NCBI GenBank assembly: GCA_012839865.1
Contig: DUMO01000064.1
Span: 49,374 to 69,373, forward strand
DNA: 20,000 bases
DNA from: Clostridiaceae bacterium
GTDB taxonomy: Bacteria > Bacillota > Clostridia > CAYPLH01 > DUMO01
Direction of reading: 5' to 3'
The position numbers and the translations under genes were made by a program. The notes beneath the pieces were generated by a model. The model had not been told where the DNA came from. It made no database searches and worked only from the letters and a program-made list of their open reading frames with translations. Each line of letters begins with the position of its first letter. Position 1 is the stretch's first letter. Of the stretch, positions 16,287-20,000 are shown piece by piece.

Positions 16287-16717
16287 ATGGGAGAAATAAA
16301 AACCAAATCCACCAACATTGATGTAGATAGCTTTTTAATGAGCATTGAGCCTGAAAAGAAAAGGTTGGACTGTATCGAATTAAAAAAGGCATTTGACAGC
16401 GTATTGACTGAAAAAGCAGCATTATGGAGCAATAACATGATAGGCTACGGTACTTATCATTACAAGTCCGAAAGAAGCAAGCAGGAAGGTGACTGGCCGC
16501 TCATAGCCTTCTCACCAAGGAAAAGCAACATAGTAATATATATCATGTCCGGAGCAAGCAAATACAATGACCTCCTTGAAAAACTGGGCAAGTATAAAGC
16601 CAGTTCAGGTTCATGCATATATATATAAATAAAATTGAAGATATCAACCTGGACGTTCTGAAAGAATTAATAGCAGCTTCCGTTAATGATATGAAGAGAA
16701 TCTATAATGTTCAGTGA
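16287..16717 (+). pseudogene. DUF1801 (YdhG-like) protein interrupted by a 2-nt insertion in an (AT)5 repeat
   Basis: AGGAGG RBS; NMIGYGTYHYK, WPLIAFSPRK motifs; TAA at 16626-16628 after CIYI; deleting one AT restores NKIEDINLDVLKELIAASV... to TGA 16717 (142 aa). Confidence 0.8.
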
Positions 16718-16798
16718 GATTTGCAGCGCAAACCTGGCAAAACCACCGGTAAGTGTATTGAAAAATATTATTTAATAAACAGCCGGGAAAAATAAAAG

Positions 16799-18013
16799 TC
16801 AGGCAAGCAAAAACAGCCCGGCTACGACTACAATAATTAATGGAATTTCTGCAACCAGCACTCTTTTAATAAGCTTGTTCATATTTACTTTAAAATAATC
16901 AGCAGTTACAACCAGACAAATATGCATGGGTGTTACCATCTGCCCTATCATGCCTGCTGCAAAGGCCAACGCCCCCAGCCATATATTATCTGCAAGACCA
17001 ATGGAAACCAAAAGCGGGAATGACATTGATGTAAAGCCCATTGCCATTCCTGTCAGCATACCGGCAATAATGGGGAAAACCAGGAAAACCAGCCCTCTTG
17101 GTATTCCATAATTGGCAATTGCATTTTGAAGCTCAACCAGCACGCCTGAACCGTTTAACACTTCATTAAAGATCATAACACCGGAAATAATCAAGACATA
17201 TTTCACGGAAAAGGCTTCCTTGGCAGTTGCCCAAATATCCGTAAGAGAATATCTCTTTATGAGAAGCAGCAAAACAAGTACTGCCAGCGTGGCAGCCTCA
17301 AGGGCGTATTTAAAGAACGGAGTAAGCACAATATAAAAAACGATGAGGCTTATTACAGGCAGTATGTTAATAAAGAACAATTTCAAGCTTTTCAGTACCG
17401 GTTGTGTCCTTTCCACCTTTTCCTTTTTGACATTGAACACACCAAAAAAAACACCTGATGCAAAGGTAATTGCAATAAAAGGAAACATATGGAGGAAAAG
17501 ACTGAATACTGAAACATTCATCAATTCTGAGGCCAGGATTACACCAGGATACAGGATGAAAGAATCCAGCCAGGTATGCCTGAACCAATAATTGACAAAA
17601 GCTTTGGTTTCAGGGTCTGCATTTTCCCCAACAGCTTCATCAACCATCGGGCATGAAATTCTGGCACCTCCGGTAGAAGACAAAAAACCAATCACAAAAG
17701 GCATAAGAACTGCTGCAAACCTGTTTCCTCCCACCAGTTCCTCAATGTTATCAACCAGAGCTTTTATCATGCCTGTTTTCCTCATTACGCTTTCAAGCAT
17801 CATAATAAAGAAAAGAATGAATATTACCTTGATGGTCCTTTCGGAAAACAAACCTGATATCCCAAGCTTTACAGCATCTGCGAAGGCAACTCTTTTGATA
17901 ATGATGAGCATTATGGCATTAAAAAGCATTATAATGCCGAGGTTGATTTCTTTATACAGAAGGTATATCGTAACTCCAACCATTACGATGATAAGAACAA
18001 TATTTGCAAGCAT
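16799..18013 (-). CDS. DUF401-family integral membrane protein (putative transporter), 404 aa
   Basis: Many TM helices; NYWFRH motif and C-terminal GQMVTPMHICLVVT..YF; GGAG RBS before ATG 18013. Confidence 0.8.
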   Translation of the reverse strand: MLANIVLIIVMVGVTIYLLYKEINLGIIMLFNAIMLIIIKRVAFADAVKLGISGLFSERTIKVIFILFFIMMLESVMRKTGMIKALVDNIEELVGGNRFAAVLMPFVIGFLSSTGGARISCPMVDEAVGENADPETKAFVNYWFRHTWLDSFILYPGVILASELMNVSVFSLFLHMFPFIAITFASGVFFGVFNVKKEKVERTQPVLKSLKLFFINILPVISLIVFYIVLTPFFKYALEAATLAVLVLLLLIKRYSLTDIWATAKEAFSVKYVLIISGVMIFNEVLNGSGVLVELQNAIANYGIPRGLVFLVFPIIAGMLTGMAMGFTSMSFPLLVSIGLADNIWLGALAFAAGMIGQMVTPMHICLVVTADYFKVNMNKLIKRVLVAEIPLIIVVVAGLFLLA

Positions 18014-18075
18014 AACCATTACTCCGTCCATTGCCGGATGAATTCTCAGCAATCTGATTCATGTATAATAGTGAA

Positions 18076-18105
18076 ATTTTATCACCAGCGCTACATTTAT
18101 GTCAA
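18076..18105 (-). promoter_or_regulatory. sigma-A promoter for DUF401 gene
   Basis: Minus strand TTGACA, 18 bp with TG, TAAAAT. Confidence 0.6.
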
Positions 18106-18166
18106 CTGTATGCTGCAAAACTGTTCTCACATGTAGTCCAACTTTATCGCTGTAAAAACCGTTTTC

Positions 18167-18586
18167 TCACCTTACCTTTATCTCATAATCAATTCTTTGG
18201 ACCCTTTCCTTGCTGCCTTCCCAACTGCGGTAATTTTCAAATACAAGAGAGGTCTCCCCTTCCCCCACGGCTTTAAACTTAAATTCCCGGACCCCCGGCG
18301 CGCCGATGACCTTCTTGTCCTTTGGCGGATAATAATTATCCGACACAAGTTTTAAAACGTTTTCATTTTCAATGGTGTAATACCATTTATAGCCCGTGGA
18401 AGCGTTCTCCTCCAGTTTGACAACTGCAATGTCATTCTTTTTTAAGTAATATTCTTTTTCAGTTTTTAATACAATTTCACGGCCTCCCGACAAGACACAG
18501 ATTGCAATGATGATTATAACAACCAAAACCAGTGCCAATGCCAGATACTTGATGCAGTCACTCAGCTTTACCACACTAACCTTCAC
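18167..18586 (-). CDS. protease inhibitor I42 (chagasin) family protein with N-terminal membrane anchor
   Basis: LEENASTGYKW, IGAPG...FKF and YRSWE chagasin loops; hydrophobic N-terminal helix. Confidence 0.9.
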   Translation of the reverse strand: MKVSVVKLSDCIKYLALALVLVVIIIIAICVLSGGREIVLKTEKEYYLKKNDIAVVKLEENASTGYKWYYTIENENVLKLVSDNYYPPKDKKVIGAPGVREFKFKAVGEGETSLVFENYRSWEGSKERVQRIDYEIKVR

Positions 18587-18685
18587 AAAACCATCTCCCG
18601 TAATGTTATTGGTATATTATATGAAGGCAGGTGAACAAGGATGTCAACTGAACTATATTTGCTATAATTGCTTTTTTAATAAATA

Positions 18686-18722
18686 AAGCGGGAACATAAT
18701 TTTTTTAAGTATGTTCCCGCTT
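18686..18722 (-). terminator. hairpin terminator downstream of flotillin
   Basis: Perfect 13-bp stem AAGCGGGAACATA/TATGTTCCCGCTT. Confidence 0.7.
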
Positions 18723-18726
18723 GCTT

Positions 18727-18793
18727 GTGACGTACTCCCGCAGCCTGAGAGGTGGTAGACTTCTTGCTGCTATATGTTAAACAAATTTGTCAA
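18727..18793 (-). mobile_element. ~65-bp IS200/IS605 (tnpB-type) end remnant
   Basis: Minus strand TTGAC...CAAGAAGTCTACCACCTCTCAGGCTGCGGGAGTACGTCAC resembles tnpB-element right ends (GAA...imperfect hairpin...GGGAGTAC-GTCAC); no transposase. Confidence 0.45.
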
Positions 18794-18809
18794 GAGGACG
18801 CTTCAGGCC

Positions 18810-20000
18810 TTATTTTACTTCAGCTTCGCTCTTCTCTTCCTTGCTTGCTTCACCTGCAAGATACTTAGGCAATTCCATTCCCGCCATCTTAAACATATCC
18901 TGGAGCGGAGGAATTGATTTCATCATCCCGGATATGAAGTTTGCCGTGCTTGTTCCATTATCTCCGTTGCCACTGTCCCATACCGTTACCTTGTCAATCT
19001 TGATGCCTTTTATTGCTTCAACCTGTGTCTTCACAAGCTCAGGCAGTTTGTCGACAACCATCATCATAACAGCTTTCTCAGCATCTCCGCCTGCCGCTTC
19101 AACCAGCCTGGCAAAACCTTCAGCCTGTTTGCTCAGTATCTCCTTGATACCCTTTGCTTCAGCTTCCATTCTTGCAAATATGGCATCCGCTTCACCTTTG
19201 GCCTTAATCCTGATTCTTTCAGCCTCGGCATCTGCATCAATTTGAGCTTTTTGCTTTGCAATTTCAGCCGGTATGATAATGTCAGCTTCCTTTGTGGCCT
19301 TTTCTCTGGCCGCCCTGGTCCTTTCAGCCTCTTCCTCCGCAAGGTATGCTTCTGCCAAGGCCTTGGCCGCCTGGACCTTTTCAGCTGCATTTGCTCTTCT
19401 GTTGAACTCAGCTTCCTTTTCCCTTCTCTCGGCTTCAGAGTCGGCAATTTTTACTTTTGACTTGTTTTCTCCTTCAACTGCAGCAGCATTTGCTTCCGCC
19501 ACCCTTATTCTCTGGTCTCTCTGGGCTTCGGCTTCACCTATGGCACCGTTCCTGTCGTGTTCAGCAACACTTCTTTTTGCATCATTGACAGCTTTGGCTG
19601 CAGCTTCTTTTCCAAGTGCATCTATGTAACCTGAATCGTCGTTTATATCGGTAACATTCACGTTTATGAGGCGAAGACCTATCTTTTTCAGCTCAGCTTC
19701 CACGTTGGCAGTTACATTTGCCAGGAATTTATCCCTGTCTGCATTGATTTCTTCAATGTCCATTGTAGCAACTACAAGCCTTAGCTGACCAAATATGATA
19801 TCTTTGGCAAGAGCCATTATTTCGCTTTGTTTGAGCCCTAAAAGCCTTTCTGCCGCATTTTGCATTACTCCGTCTTCAGTGGAAATTCCGACAGTAAAAC
19901 TGGAAGGTACGTCAACGCGGATATTCTGACGGCTTAGAGCACTCTTTAATGCTACTTCAATGGACATCGGAGTAAGGTCCATGTAGCGGTAGTCCTGTAT
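18810..20000 (-). CDS. flotillin/SPFH family protein (5' end outside the window)
   Basis: Frame open at the window edge (IQDYRYMDLTP); SPFH motifs ALSRQNIRVDVPS.FTVGIS, INADRDKF, GLRLINVNV; Ala/Glu-rich coiled coil; IDKVTVWD. Confidence 0.93.
   Translation of the reverse strand: MQDYRYMDLTPMSIEVALKSALSRQNIRVDVPSSFTVGISTEDGVMQNAAERLLGLKQSEIMALAKDIIFGQLRLVVATMDIEEINADRDKFLANVTANVEAELKKIGLRLINVNVTDINDDSGYIDALGKEAAAKAVNDAKRSVAEHDRNGAIGEAEAQRDQRIRVAEANAAAVEGENKSKVKIADSEAERREKEAEFNRRANAAEKVQAAKALAEAYLAEEEAERTRAAREKATKEADIIIPAEIAKQKAQIDADAEAERIRIKAKGEADAIFARMEAEAKGIKEILSKQAEGFARLVEAAGGDAEKAVMMMVVDKLPELVKTQVEAIKGIKIDKVTVWDSGNGDNGTSTANFISGMMKSIPPLQDMFKMAGMELPKYLAGEASKEEKSEAEVK

Noticed and set aside
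52..19629. Numerous antisense or overlapping ORFs in the track (e.g. 52..297, 3569..3961, 9397..9948, 12579..12953, 17592..18041, 18787..19245)
   Set aside because: Shadow frames of well-supported genes, without RBS or recognisable motifs.
1..20000. CRISPR array, rRNA, tRNA, prophage or defence system
   Set aside because: No regularly spaced repeats, RNA gene signatures or phage/defence protein motifs were seen.

Overview
Low-GC Bacillota (Clostridia-like) chromosomal window made of small independent modules. In order: a double-HTH XRE regulator convergent with an unannotated 40-aa AgrD-type cyclic autoinducer peptide gene and its co-transcribed kinase-less membrane protein; a Zn ABC transporter (znuACB-like) with a palindromic Fur/Zur-type operator; a uracil permease under a PyrR attenuator; a TM1266-family small regulator plus SsuA/TauA-type ABC transporter flanked by several unassigned structured RNA segments; a decayed zone (IS21 istB remnant, DUF6976-like gene, frameshifted small ORF, AraC-like stub); a non-discriminating-type AspRS whose Asp T-box leader is cut in half and fused directly to a 5'-truncated YyaL/SPATA20-like gene; an Fe-S aldo/keto reductase; a DUF1801 gene broken by an (AT)n slip; DUF401; an I42 protease inhibitor; a tiny IS200/IS605-like end remnant; and a partial flotillin. 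No rRNA, tRNA or CRISPR array was seen. Family assignments come from motif recognition only; no database search was run.
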